In this document: positions 37,145-49,800 of the stretch, piece after piece | Layout of the letters: every line of letters starts with the position of its first letter | Numbering within the stretch: position 1 is the stretch's first letter | NCBI GenBank assembly: GCA_030141605.1 | Contig: JAQGDQ010000312.1 | Span: 215,272 to 279,271 of the forward strand | Direction of reading: 5' to 3' | Origin: Tubiluchus corallicola | Taxonomy: Eukaryota > Animalia > Priapulida | DNA length: 64,000 nt | Position numbers and translations under genes: made by a program | The notes under the pieces: model-generated | Databases searched by the model: none | What the model was told of the DNA's origin: nothing | The model's input: only the letters and a program-made list of their open reading frames with translations

Positions 37145-40100
37145 GAGTCATTCCGTGAGAAAATCAGCAAAATAGTGGAAGGTGACAAATCACCGATTTT
37201 GTTCATATTCACAGGGTTTGATGGTCCCCTCAGATGTACTCCACAGCCAAAATATTAGATTTCAGAAATGAGCCGTTTCTGAGAAAAGCCGCCATTTTGA
37301 TTTTTTTCGGATTTTGGCCATTTTGGCGTAAAAAATTGCCCATTATTTCTCACGTTATTACAGACAGTAAATGAGCGATCCAGCACTAGTTAGTTGGTGA
37401 TATATATAGTAGGGGTCTTGCCCTACCGTACCATTATCGTTGCCAAATTGAACCTCCTTTTCAGTTGGTGTCATAAGATTGCAAATGATACGTGTCTGCT
37501 GCTGCTGAATTTAGACGCCATTTTGAAATCCCCGTAACTCCACTGGGGCGGGTATTGGGGGACTAATCAATATATTTTTATTTGCAGCTTGACTAGTCCT
37601 ACAAATGCATGAAATAAAATTTTGGCCAGCGATCTCCCAAGTGTCCAGAATTTTTAGCCAAAGTTGCTCTTTTTTGCCATTTTCACAACCTTGACCTATA
37701 TTTAGCTATTCGCCTTTGGATGACGGTGTTGCCATTAGAATCGATACAAAGTGCAGCAACGTCAATGTTTATAGTAGTAATGGACTGGCTTTAGATGTCT
37801 GGGCACTCCTAGCAACCAGGCCCCTCATCAGGGGCCGCATTCCCTTCGAAGGGCCCCTGTGACGATTATAACATAGTGATTTTTATAATCTGTATAAAAC
37901 ACGGAATAGTTTCATGTACATAATAACAGTTTCGTGTACAAGTGCTCGGGCTATATACCTATGGCCCGTGGATCAATACGGGGGCCTCGGGAGGGCCCCA
38001 CTGTCTTGATTGAAAAATAGACTTCAGTCAAAAAGGTTTAGTGTCGCTTTGCTAAACAAGATTCTAAAGTAAGGCGGACAAGGCGAGGCAAGGCACTATT
38101 TGTGAAATTGTGTTGAAACCGCCGCGAGCATCGAATATAACATATTGCGAGCCAATTTTTAAAACGCGCACAGCTTTGTGTGGTCTTGTATTCAACAGGC
38201 GAATAGCTGTCAGTCCCTGATATTTTTCCTCAAATCAATTCGAGTTAATAGTTAGTTAGTTACTAATACCTTGGTGTGGCAACTTTGGCAGCTTCGACAA
38301 CCAGACTTCTGCTTACTAACAACGGGCATTAACAAAAAAACTGGTTAAGAAACGCAGCAAAGGCCAGTACGACCCTGCCTCGGACTCTGTGTAACGTATG
38401 TTTCAAGCCATTCGCTCATATTGTATTTAACCGCCAGGTTTCCACCGTCTCGTAAAGATATACGCATATACACCGACTACCATATTCAACTAAACTCTAA
38501 CGAGAATCAGGGCGCTGACGCTTATAATCGCAAATTTTCAAAATAAAAAAAAGACAACAACAAATTCTTTACGTCCACGACTATTTTTTATTCGCCAATA
38601 TTCAAAGAAAAGTCGCACTATAGTAAATAATAATAAGCTAATAATTGATAATACATACAGTAAGCTGCTACTATGTGTTGCTATGGTAACCTCCTTATCA
38701 AAAGAGACACAGAGAGACAGAGAGAGACACAGAGAGACAGAGAGAAACACAGAGAGACAGAGAGAGACACAGAGAGGCAGAGAGACAGAGAGAGTTACAG
38801 AGAGACAGAGAGAGACACAGAGAGACACATAGAGACACAGAGAGAGACAGAGACAGAGACACACAGAGACAGAGAGAGACACAGAGAGACAGAAAGAGAC
38901 AGAGAAAGACACAGAGAGACGGAAAGAGACACAGAGAGACAGAGAGAGAGAGACAGAGACACACAGAGAGACAGAGAGAGAGACACAGAGAGACAGAGAG
39001 AGACAGAGAGAGACACAGATAGAGACACCGAGAGACACACAGAGAGACACAGAGAGACAGAGACAGAGAGCCAGAGAGAGACACAGAGAGACAGAGAGAG
39101 ACACAGAGAGACAGAGAAAGACACAGAGAGACAGAGAGAGAGACACAGAGACAGAGAGACAGAGAGAGAGAGAGACGGAGAGAGAGAAAGACAGAGAGAT
39201 AGAGAGAGACATAGAGAGACACAGAGAGACAGAGACAGAGAGAGACACAGAGAGACAGAGACACAGAGAGACAGAGCGAGACAGAGAGAGAGACAGATAG
39301 AGACACAGAGAGACAAAGAGAGACACAGAGAGAGACAGAGACACAGAGAGACACAGAGAGAAGAGACACAGAGAGACAGAGAGAGACAGGCAGAGACAGA
39401 GAGAGACACAGACAGACAGAGAGAGACACAGAGAGACAGAGAGAGAGACAGAAAGAGACAGAGTGAGACACAGAGAGACACAGAGAGGCAGAGAGAGACA
39501 CGGAGAGAGACACAGAGAGACAGTGAGAGAGACACAGAGAGATGCAGAGAGGCAGAGAGAGACACAGAGAGACACAGAGAGATAGAGAGAGACACAGAGA
39601 GACAGTGACAGAGACACAGAAACACAGAGAGACATAGAGAGACACAGAGAGACAGACAGAGACAGAGACACAGAGAGACAGAGACACAGAGAGAGACACA
39701 GAGAGACAGAAAGAGACACAGAGAGACACAGAGAGACAGAGAGAGACAGGCAGAGACAGAGAGAGACACAGACAGACAGAGAGAGACACAGAGAGACAGA
39801 GAGAGAGAAAGAAAGAGACAGAGTGAGACGCAGAGAGACAGAGAGAGACACGGAGAGAGACACAGAGAGGCAGAGAGAGACACAGTGAGACAGAGAGAGA
39901 CACAGAGAGATAGAGAGAGACACAGAGAGACAGAGAGAGAGACACAGAGAGACACAGAGAGACAGAAACACAGAGAGACATAGAGAGACAGAGAGAGACA
40001 CAGAGAGACAGACAGAGACGGAGACAGAGAGAGACACAGAGAGATAGAGAGAGACACAGAGAGACAGAGAGAGACACGGAGAGACAGAGAGACAGAGAGA

Positions 40101-40155
40101 CACAGAGAGACACAGAGAGACACAGAGAGAGCCACAGAGAGACAGTGAGAGACAC

Positions 40156-40186
<31 letters not shown>

Positions 40187-41135
40187 CACAGAGAGACAGA
40201 GAGAGAGACACAGAGAGATAGAGAGAGACAGAGAGAGACACAGAGAGACACAGAGAGACAGAGAGGGAGAAAGACAGAGAGAGACAGAGTGAGACACAGA
40301 GAGACAGAGAGAGACAGAGAGAGACAGGGAGAGACACAGAGAGACACAGAGAGGCAGAGAGAGACACGGAGAGACAGAGAGAGACACAGAGAGCAGGTGA
40401 GAGACGCAGAAAGACAGAGACAGAGACAGGGAGAGACAGAGAAAGACAAAGAGAGAGACACAGAGAGACACAGAGAGAGAGACACAGAGAGACAGAGAGA
40501 GAGACAGAAAGACAGAAACGGTAATTTATCGTTTCTTTTTGAAATTTTCATTTTTTTATTCAGAATTATGAATAATTCGTACTAATTTTTTTCCGATTTA
40601 GGTCACATTCAAGATCGAATCTCGTCAATTTATGGACGAGCTGGCCAAAATTTTATTAATGATCTAAGTATGCCTGGTCAAGCTGTAAATAAACATATAT
40701 TAATTATACTTCAAATACCCGCCCCAGTGGAGTTATGAGAATTTTAAAACAGGGTGTCATTCAGACTGTAGCAGACACGCATCTTTCATGAGCTCATGAT
40801 ACCTACTGAAAGAGAATCTCAATTCATCAAACTCAATGTGGCAATAGGGCAAGACCCCTACGATATATACCACCCAGCAACTAGTCCTGGATCATTCATT
40901 TACTGCCTGTAATGATGTGACAAATATAGGTCATTTTTTTACGTCAAAATGGCCAAAATCCGAAAAAAATCAAAATGGCGGCCTATCTCCGAAACGGCTC
41001 ATTTTTGATATCTAATATTTTGGCTGTGGGCTACATCTGAGGGGATCATCCGACCCTGTGAATATGAACAAAATCGGTGATTTGTCACCTTCCACTATTT
41101 TTTGACTTTTGCATGGTTTTCTCGCGGAATGACTC
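37145..41135. mobile_element. Non-autonomous DNA transposon with ~500-bp TIRs, Sola3-like
   Basis: TTAA|GAGTCATTCCG...CGGAATGACTC|TTAA; 37145-37650 is the inverted complement of ~40620-41135; no transposase ORF seen. Confidence 0.85.
38701..40517. repeat. 1.8-kb degenerate (AG/AC)n, (AGAGAC)n microsatellite
   Basis: Direct reading. Confidence 0.97.
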
Positions 41136-42399
41136 TTAATACCGTGGTGAAGCAACCTTTATATTTACTGCATGAAAGAGTGCAGTCAACCGTGGATGCG
41201 TCTTCGCTGCAAAAATTCCTAGTTTAGCACTGAAAAAATTACCCGCATTACTACAAGGACAGTGCACATCAGTTGTTGGAATTATTTTCTATTTTGTGCA
41301 TTTGTCAGGAAGCTCTGTAGCATATGCTCTTTTTTTATTACTTACTGTATACACAAGCCTTGTGTTAACTGCCCAAAGAGTAGCCAACCTGTGATTGGGT
41401 AAAGCTATGGCTTATTTGCTAAATTTGCCGTTCTTCAATTTTTATTTGAATTTTGGAAAAAAATCAGCCAACATGAAAGTAAATCGCATAAAAACAAAGC
41501 AAGTTCCGTTGTTCTATTCTTCATTTTCAGTCTATGGACAAAATTTTTGCGAACTAATAGATAAAGTAATTGGATATAGTCACTTGCACTTGTAAGGAAC
41601 CTCATACTAGCAGTGAATCGAGTTTCCTTACAATAAATGACTTTGGCGTTATTAGCACGCTAAAGTAATTTTTTGCACCTGGGAGCAAACTATGTGTGTT
41701 TACATAACATTAGCAAGTGAGCAATAAAATGAACAGATTTGATGTTTATAATTTTAAACCGTAAGAAAAATGCAAAAATATTATTAGCATTTTACCGTAT
41801 TTTTAAGAATAGTCATTTTTTCTCACGCTATTTTAGTACGCCAAATTATTAAATTTGTATATACAATATGCAGCACAATGTGAAATTAAGGTGAATTATA
41901 CAAAAATACGCTTCTGACTTCTAAACACGCTATGCAAAATCTGACAATAATGCAGAAACAAATTGCATTAAAGCTTGTGCGGAGGAAGAGTACCTAAGCC
42001 ATATTTCAGCAAAAGACAAAATGGACGATACGGTTCGTTGTGGTATGTCAGAAATTTGAAACCAGTAAGACCTTTGTGTCCCATAATTAATGTTTGTGGT
42101 CACTTAAGTAAATTTCGGGATGCTGAATCAAAGAATGTTAAGCGCCATTTTTCATGCACATCTTTTGCAACCATCATAAATTTAAAAAATGGCGGCCACT
42201 ATTACTTAATAATTAAGCAGTTTTTTCTCGGTTCCTCGTAGAATTTTGAGTTAGGTTCACTTTTCACAAAATATGGAGGTACGGTGGGCATGGGCTTATC
42301 ATGTCATTATGGTATCCTCTGCTGATAGCTCTTTCCCGCCAATATATATATATACATATTATATATATATATATATTATATATACAATATATATATAGT

Positions 42400-42760
42400 A
42401 ATATTACAACCGTATCCCCAAATTTGCAACTGTCTTTATGTCAGTCCAACAAAGTATATACTTAAAAAAGTTGGCGACATAACTGCACCCTGCCTGACAC
42501 CGTTTCCTACTGTGATATTATCACACAAGCCCAGTCCTTGTGATATATATGTTTAACAAAAATAATAATATTAGCAAAGGAAATTTTTTGTATTGTAAAA
42601 AGCTTCATAATGCACCTATCAAATGCTTGTCTTGCATCTAGTAATGCAAATAGGACTCAGTTCCCCTATTTAGTTAACACTTGGTTGTCTCCTTCAGAAA
42701 AAAAATTGCACATTGTAGCTGACATTTTTGGCTTAAAACCGATTTTTTATATCGAATTTT
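42400..42760 (-). mobile_element. Highly degenerate non-LTR reverse transcriptase fragment
   Basis: Minus-strand peptides LLDARQAFDR and TVGNGVRQGAVMSPTFF. Confidence 0.65.
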
Positions 42761-44089
42761 ATCAGATTGTTTTATCATGTTAATTAGAGTGTTTTATGTT
42801 AGTGTAACCCAGTCTAGTATTTTCTAGCTGACCATTTCATTATTGGATTTACGACTATCTATGTGGCAAGTTTTCTTCACTGAGAATTATAGTATGATAT
42901 TATTACCTTCTCTTAAAACGTTCCTACGTGACTGAAATTCCAAAATAGCGAAGCTACCCATTATAATTATGGTAACACACAATATTTTTCTTGTTCGTAA
43001 TCTTTTTATAAAATGTGCCATTTTATACAATTCTCTGCAGTCTGCATGACCGATAGTGTCCGAGTTACACATGATACTGACAGATTGAGGGAGTTGAACT
43101 CACATTGTCAAATCACAGAAAAACGAGACACACGTAATGCGGTTCACCCAATTAACATTTTTCTAATTTTGCTTTCTTTTCTTTTCAACAAAAGAAATTC
43201 AATGCATTGTGAATCAAATTTATGAGAAAGAATAACTTCCTGCTTAACACAGTTAAGTCTCATACACATGCGCAATTTTTTGACAGGTTGAATTTTAATA
43301 TTCTACAATTGAAATTGTCTTTGTACTGAAGTGAATATCCGCAGACATTCGGACGCAGATATTTGGACACAGGACGTTTTACCACAAAACATTTGTTGGC
43401 AGAGGCAGGTAGTTTTGATGGCAGAGGCGAGTGAATAGACCAATCCACTGTCGGCTTTTCGTGTACGCACAAACAAGTAAATTGTTGCGCATTTGTAGAG
43501 GATTTTAGCTTTTGTGTTGTAACAAAAGTGTATCTTTTGTAACAAGTCATCTAGCACACTAGAATAGAACACTTGAATAAAACTGTAACAAGTTTTACTA
43601 CCTGCACAAATAACAAAAAAGGCAACAAATACACACAAAAAACTAAATTAAGTAACAGCGCCCAAGACTAGGCTCTAGTGATCTCTACAGGCTTTTAAAT
43701 TGGCATTGGTAGCTGCTTCCCTACACACCACATGTAGACCCAAACAAGACGTCTGGACCTACAAAGAAGGGGTGAGTTGCTGCTAACGTAGAAGCAGGAC
43801 GTGTAGAGTACCTGACCAGACACACGTTCCTCCGTAACATTACCTCTACCCAGTTCTGTTTGTCCTCAAACGGTTCCAGATCTAGAAGTTAGACAGTTAA
43901 CAGGCACGTGCTACAACCCATGATATGGCGCAACAAACGTTCCGTGAGCATAGATTTCTTTAAATTACACTAATGCAAGATTGAAACGAATTATTTCCAT
44001 TTTATTGGCATAGATATTAGATAAATTCAGCATGAAAAAGAATAGAGTGTTTTACGCTGTCAGTATGGAGGACTGCGTGGTTTAGGGAC

Positions 44090-45090
44090 CCCTTTTTAGG
44101 GCGGTTTCATTCCCATTTCTAACACCCTTCAACCTTATTCCTGGCTCCAACCCTAGCGGCAAACTCTAGCTTTAACCCTAGCTGCTAACAGTATTCCTAG
44201 CTCTAAACCTAGCGGCAAACCCTTACTCTAACTCTAGCTGCTAAACGTATTCCTAGCTTTAACCCTAGCAGCAAACCCTAACTGCTAAAAGTATTTGTAG
44301 CTCTAACCATAACTGCTAACCCAATTCCTAGCTCTAACCCTAGCAGCAAACCCTAACTGCTAAAAGTATTTCTAGCTCTAACCCTAGCTGCAAACCCTAG
44401 CTATAACACTAGCTGAAAATCTTATTCCTAGCTGCTAACCCTAGCGGCAAACCCCAGCTCCAACCCTTTCTGCTAACCGTATTCCTAGCTCAAACCCTAG
44501 CTGCAAACCCCAGCTCTAATTCTAGCTCTAACCCTAGCTGCTAACCCAATTCCTAGCTCTAACCCTAGCTCTAATTCTAGCTCTAACTCTAGCTACTAAC
44601 CCTATCCCTAGCTCTAACCCTAACCCGAACCTTAACCATAACTCTAACCCTAGCTCTAACCCTAATCCATCTCTAACCCTATCCCTAACCCTAACCCTAA
44701 CTGAAACCCTAGCTCTATCACTAATTTGTTATGAAATGTGATGTAGATTTGCACATGCGTGCTTATTGTAGCAGTTTTCTCCATCTTGTTGTTTAATGTG
44801 GTGTGAGCGATGTAGGTTTGTGCATGCGCGGTTACTCTAGGGTTGAGTCACGATCTTATATAATCGGTTTTATGTTTGCGTAATACGTGCACGTTAGAGC
44901 ATGCTGTTTAATTGAGCATTTTGGTGAAAATTTTGTTTTAGAGAGTGAGAGAGCAATTGAAATAGTTCTCCAAACATCAAATTCACCTTTTCATAAATAT
45001 TTATTGTTCGAGTACAAATGAATACTACATTCGATTACGCATTTCTACATTTGATTACACGTTTCGATAATTATTAAATTCTACACATTT
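44090..45090 (+). repeat. Dispersed element with internal degenerate telomere-like (CTAACC/CTAGCT)n tract (44140-44720)
   Basis: CCCTAA-rich tract; flanks match the inverted copy at 57110-57570. Confidence 0.75.
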
Positions 45091-45099
45091 CGTTTTACA

Positions 45100-46352
45100 G
45101 TTATATATGTCATTCGTTTATGCGATACGAAATAGTTAATTCTGCAGTTACATATGACATTCGTTATGTTATGAATAAATTTAGGAATCGTTAATTTAGT
45201 AATTAATTAATGGAATTATCAACTTCATTAGATTCGGTTGATAAAACGGATACCTCCTTGATTTGATTAGATAAATTTATTGGTGGATTATGGTAACTCA
45301 CTTAGCTGGAGAAGGCACGAGATTTAATGCGAAGCAAATTATTTTCAAAGGTGTGTTTTGCGTTTACTAGAGGTAGAGCAGGTGTTCATTTAGAGAAGCG
45401 AAACATAATGTAACGTTATGCGGAGTTACCTGTAATTATTAAGAAATAGCGAGGAGTGGGACTTTTGTGGAAGAAAGGTTTATGACCCACGCCAAGCTGA
45501 GGGATCTTTGAGAGCAAGGAGCTATGAAGGACAAACCTAGCTAGTAGCAGACTTCTCACGCAAGAAGCAATGTTATCGAACCACCTGGATGGTCATAAAC
45601 CTAAAGCCAAGGATGTCACCTCTAACTTATTACACCATATTGTGGCTTTAGCGCGAAATTATGCAAAGCGCAGTTTGGGGATATAAGCCCGTGTCTTGAG
45701 AAACACGTAGTTAGTTGTGAGTTAGTCGATTGCGAGTGAAGAGGAACGTTCCAGGAGAGAGGGAGCCAGAGAGAGAGGCTACTGGAATTCTGACAGGAGC
45801 ATAGACGACGTTAGGACCAGCGTAGACCACCGTTCTGTGTACTCAGCGAATCTGAGCACTGAATCTGAGCACTTGAGAGTAACTCCGCATAGTAGAAATT
45901 CACAGTGTAGTAAACACCTTAAGTGTAACATTCAGATTGATTGTAATTGCATACTTCACATTGTAACTAGCACCTTAAGTTAATGAGCTGTAACAGGAGT
46001 CCTGGCTATTGCATGTTGGTCAGTAGCAGTTCAGGTCTCATAGTCTGCTGGTGAATAATGTGATGAATTTCATAATGTATTTTGTCAAGGTATGTTGCTT
46101 TAAATTATATTTTTGTGTTTTTTCTGATTTGCTAAACTGAGAGGTTAGTGCTTTAATTTTTGTTATAAGAGTGTTAAACTTAAGTGAATTATTAAGTTAA
46201 ACTTCCCTAAATGTCGCTTTTACGTTTATTTCAGACTGCAATTTATGTTGAAACCTACCCCCCTCTACACCGGCTTTACTTCTTCATTTTTTTTTGACAA
46301 TAAAGGAATCAACCTGTATCGAAGTGTTCATCATTTTTATTTGGTTACAACA
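45100..46352 (+). mobile_element. Possible solo or partial LTR
   Basis: TATA-like GGGATATAAG (~45680), AATAAA (~46299) and LTR-like end TTGGTTACAACA; no 5' end, TSD or PBS found. Confidence 0.3.
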
Positions 46353-46878
46353 TGCAGGCAGACAAACTGGACAAAACAATGTTTACTCTTGTAAGTCATA
46401 AGGAATGCGGCTTGATTACTGAACCTGTATCTTTGCTGTCACTAAGCTGCAGTCCCTGTACAGTCCATCTTGCTGCACCTTCGAGCAATGAGTTGAGACA
46501 AGTGCACTTACTTACTGTGGGAAAATAGCTACTGTGCACTGCAGAACTCGTCCCAAAAGCTTGCCAATGTATGCACTGTGGAATTGGTCCCTGCTCAATT
46601 TTTGCCGAAATTTCAAGCCCTTTGCAGAATATGCATTAATGTTACCAGGTTCATTACTGTTGACAGTCCCACATTCAGATTCTGAAACAAGAAAGCTGGC
46701 TTGCGATAATTCAGCCTATTTTGTAGCAGCCACGTTTCCAATTATTTCGCAAGTTTCTCTAAACCAAATAAATTCATCTATTACCGCTTCATAATTGTCA
46801 ATAGGGTTCAATGTCCTGTTCTACCCTATCCAAAATGGCTAACCTATAGCATCATAATTATCAATCGCAACGTTTCAG

Positions 46879-49800
46879 TGCAATTCGTGATATCTGCATT
46901 TCTGTTAAACATTGTTCTAATATTTTTCTTACTAATTTTGCAAGTATGGACTCTGTGAAAAAAGTGATTATAGTATGGAACAATATAGGTAAGTACATTT
47001 GTAGGGTAATAAGTAAACACAAGTACACCATTCTATGTACTTTTTCAATGACAAACGAATGAGAAACTGCAATATATGGTTGCATAGTAGAAAGCACGTA
47101 CTAGCAGAAATGTTCTTTTTGGAATGACGACTTTTGCCTACTTTAGACGTTATTTTATTCCAGATCGCGGTTCTATTAAAGTCTTCTTGCAATTGGCTTT
47201 CTAATAAAGTGCATAGCAATTAGAAAAATAATTAATCATTGCTAATACGAACATTTGTCGTTGTGTGCATCAATACAAAAACATGTGAGCAAACACTCCC
47301 GGGGTAATTCTTTCCCAAACTTGACCGGTTAGGGTTAATGTTGTTTTGGCAGAATGAGTGTTCTAAGCATAAACAAATAAGTATTTGTTTTTTAGTCTAG
47401 TTAAACTTATTTAAGTGCACGTGTCCATTTACTCTGAAATTTTGTTATTTTCATTTAGCTAACTGCACTTTCTATGTAACTAGTGTGTAATGCGAAGCAT
47501 TGCGTGTGTCTTACTACTCGGATCTACTCAGAACATAGTTGTCAATAAGCCTAAACATATTTATGCAATGTGGCTTTTATAAATATTAGTTGTTTGCTTG
47601 GCTGGATAAAGTGTGTTTCTCAGAAAGCTGGTTATCATTGGAAAGTCTTTTTCAACTCTTTCTTTGTCCTGTTGTGTTATCTAAGACAGTGTACTTGCAC
47701 CTATTTTAATTTTGGATTTATCGATGATATCACAGAAACTGCACAGGCTTAACAACAATTGCCCAACTACAGACTCTTCTAATGTTAAAGACCTGGATTT
47801 ATGGCAAATCAAGATTCAAAAACAGAATCGCATTGCATTGAAATTTATTCTAATTGCAAGTTTGTTGCTAGTTTGTTGAACTGTTACCACATTATAGACA
47901 CAGTCACTGTATTTTGACATAGATTTTATTTGAAGCCTACTAAGAGTTTTGTACAAGCGCACTCACTGAACAAAAAATAACCATTGCCTCAAACTGTACG
48001 TTGGAAAATATAAAAAAGTGCTTTTTCTTCGCCAACGTATGATGCTGTCTACCCAGGTCGATAAATGGCGCACCTTTTGTCACAGCTGGCGAACTAATTT
48101 TTTTAAATAATACGAAGACCACTTGTGTACGATAGGCATATGTATGTATGTTGCTTTTATCGTCTTATAATTTATTTTTTAAACCTTAGCCGGCAAATTG
48201 CCGTGTTACGATAAAGGCCAATCATGCTGTTTGTTTAAATGTTTATAAGTGATTTAATTTGATAAAAATTGAGAAAAATACGCCCTGTTGAAATAGGCAC
48301 TCCTATCTAGCCGATTGAATAGCTTGTATGGTGTATGTTTTTTTGATTGCCAGCTTGTTATAGCCTAATAGTACCCCTCTGCTGTGCAAAGTTCCAGGAA
48401 GAGCCAACCCACTAGCAAAAAAGAAATTAAGGCCATTTCGCCTTTTAAACTCCTTAAAAATAAAGTAGACTTGAGACCAAATTTTATCAGAGTCTTGAGT
48501 CTGCAATACAGAAATTTTCTGCATTAGCCAATTTCACACAATTGATACTGTACATTGTCACAGTAAAAAAACTCCAGATTCTTTTCTTTTTTCATAAAAA
48601 ATCAGTTTTTAGTTTGTCTATGTAAGCAAATGCATTTCACATATAATTTTGCATGAAAATCCATTGTGTAAAGAGCAGAGACCTACAAAAATAGCAAATC
48701 TAATGTAATCTCTGCATGAGTGTGAGCTGTTTTAATGCACACAGCAAAATGCAGCAAACGCTTAACATCCCGTAGTTAATATTATAAGCAGTTTGGGGCT
48801 TTAAGGAATAAATTTCGTATCCACTTACTTTTTAGGAATAGTGTTATTTTGTAAACTAATTGCACACCATGATTATTCGGCTATCTCTGTCACGTAATTT
48901 AATTGTTTACTCCCTTTTTAATCATTTTTTTGCTTTTGAAAAGTTTATCTTATTTCTAAAACCATTTCCTAACTTTAAGAACATATACATGTTTTAGGTG
49001 AAATGGTGCCAAATTTCCTAGCTCAGATAACGGAACGTCGTGGAAAAGAATTGATTATAATTAAACCACAAACTAATACCTTGGCAAATCGATGAAAAAT
49101 CCCATCTGAGATTATGACAGAAGGTAGGCAGTATTGGATGCTTTTAGAAAAGTCATTTTGCAAAACTGCGCAGAATATGCGAGTAGGGTATAGGGCACGC
49201 AATGTGATTTAGGGGAAAAAGTGGCAAGGGTGAAGCGGAACAGTTTGAAAATTCAACAAGAATATCTGATGCTAGTGTGTTATAAGTCGTATGGCACTGT
49301 CGGAGAACAATGGTGAGCAATTTTATTTTTTACTTTTACATTTTTATTCCTGCTTTATGTCATTTTTGCATGAGAGGAATATATCACTGTTTTACTACTT
49401 TTTTGACATTCAATTTTATTAAGTACAAATTTTTGTCTGTAATGCAATTAATATACGTCTATTTGTATGTAGTGGATGGCCATCAATTGTTAATACTTGG
49501 AAAGTTTCTTCTGCTGTTGAAATTTGCCGTCTCAATATACCAATATATAAATATTTTTTAAATTTTTATTTTTTTACAGTATTTGGGCGATTCAATGACT
49601 TTCTCATAATTGAATTTTACTATAATCATACAGTAAGAGCAGCTTAATACACTCAATTGCTTGATTGACTCAAAAATGTCTGTTAAGGGCTGATTTCAGT
49701 CAAATGTACATAAAAACTTTCGTTATTGACTCATATAATTCCGCATAATATTTTTCACTTGTTTAAAATAAGACAATTGTAACTACCAAAAGAGCCTTTC

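Noticed and set aside
37815-37840. Second hammerhead (CTGATGA on the minus strand)
   Set aside because: No downstream GAAA core; it is only a GGCCCC/GGGGCC hairpin in a degenerate repeat.
38538-40585. Long ORFs of 300-600 aa (SLCLSV / RETQRD)
   Set aside because: Read-through of an (AG/AC)n microsatellite; the same applies to ORFs at 12715-13469, 15982-16602, 19239-19968, 24431-24898 and 28668-29312.
44140-44720. True telomere or chromosome-fusion scar
   Set aside because: Repeats are highly degenerate and lie within a dispersed element present twice in the window.
47620-47870. Additional EXTL2-like exon
   Set aside because: No GT64 motif, stops in candidate frames, and the flanking exons (ending 46988, starting 48998) already join in phase.
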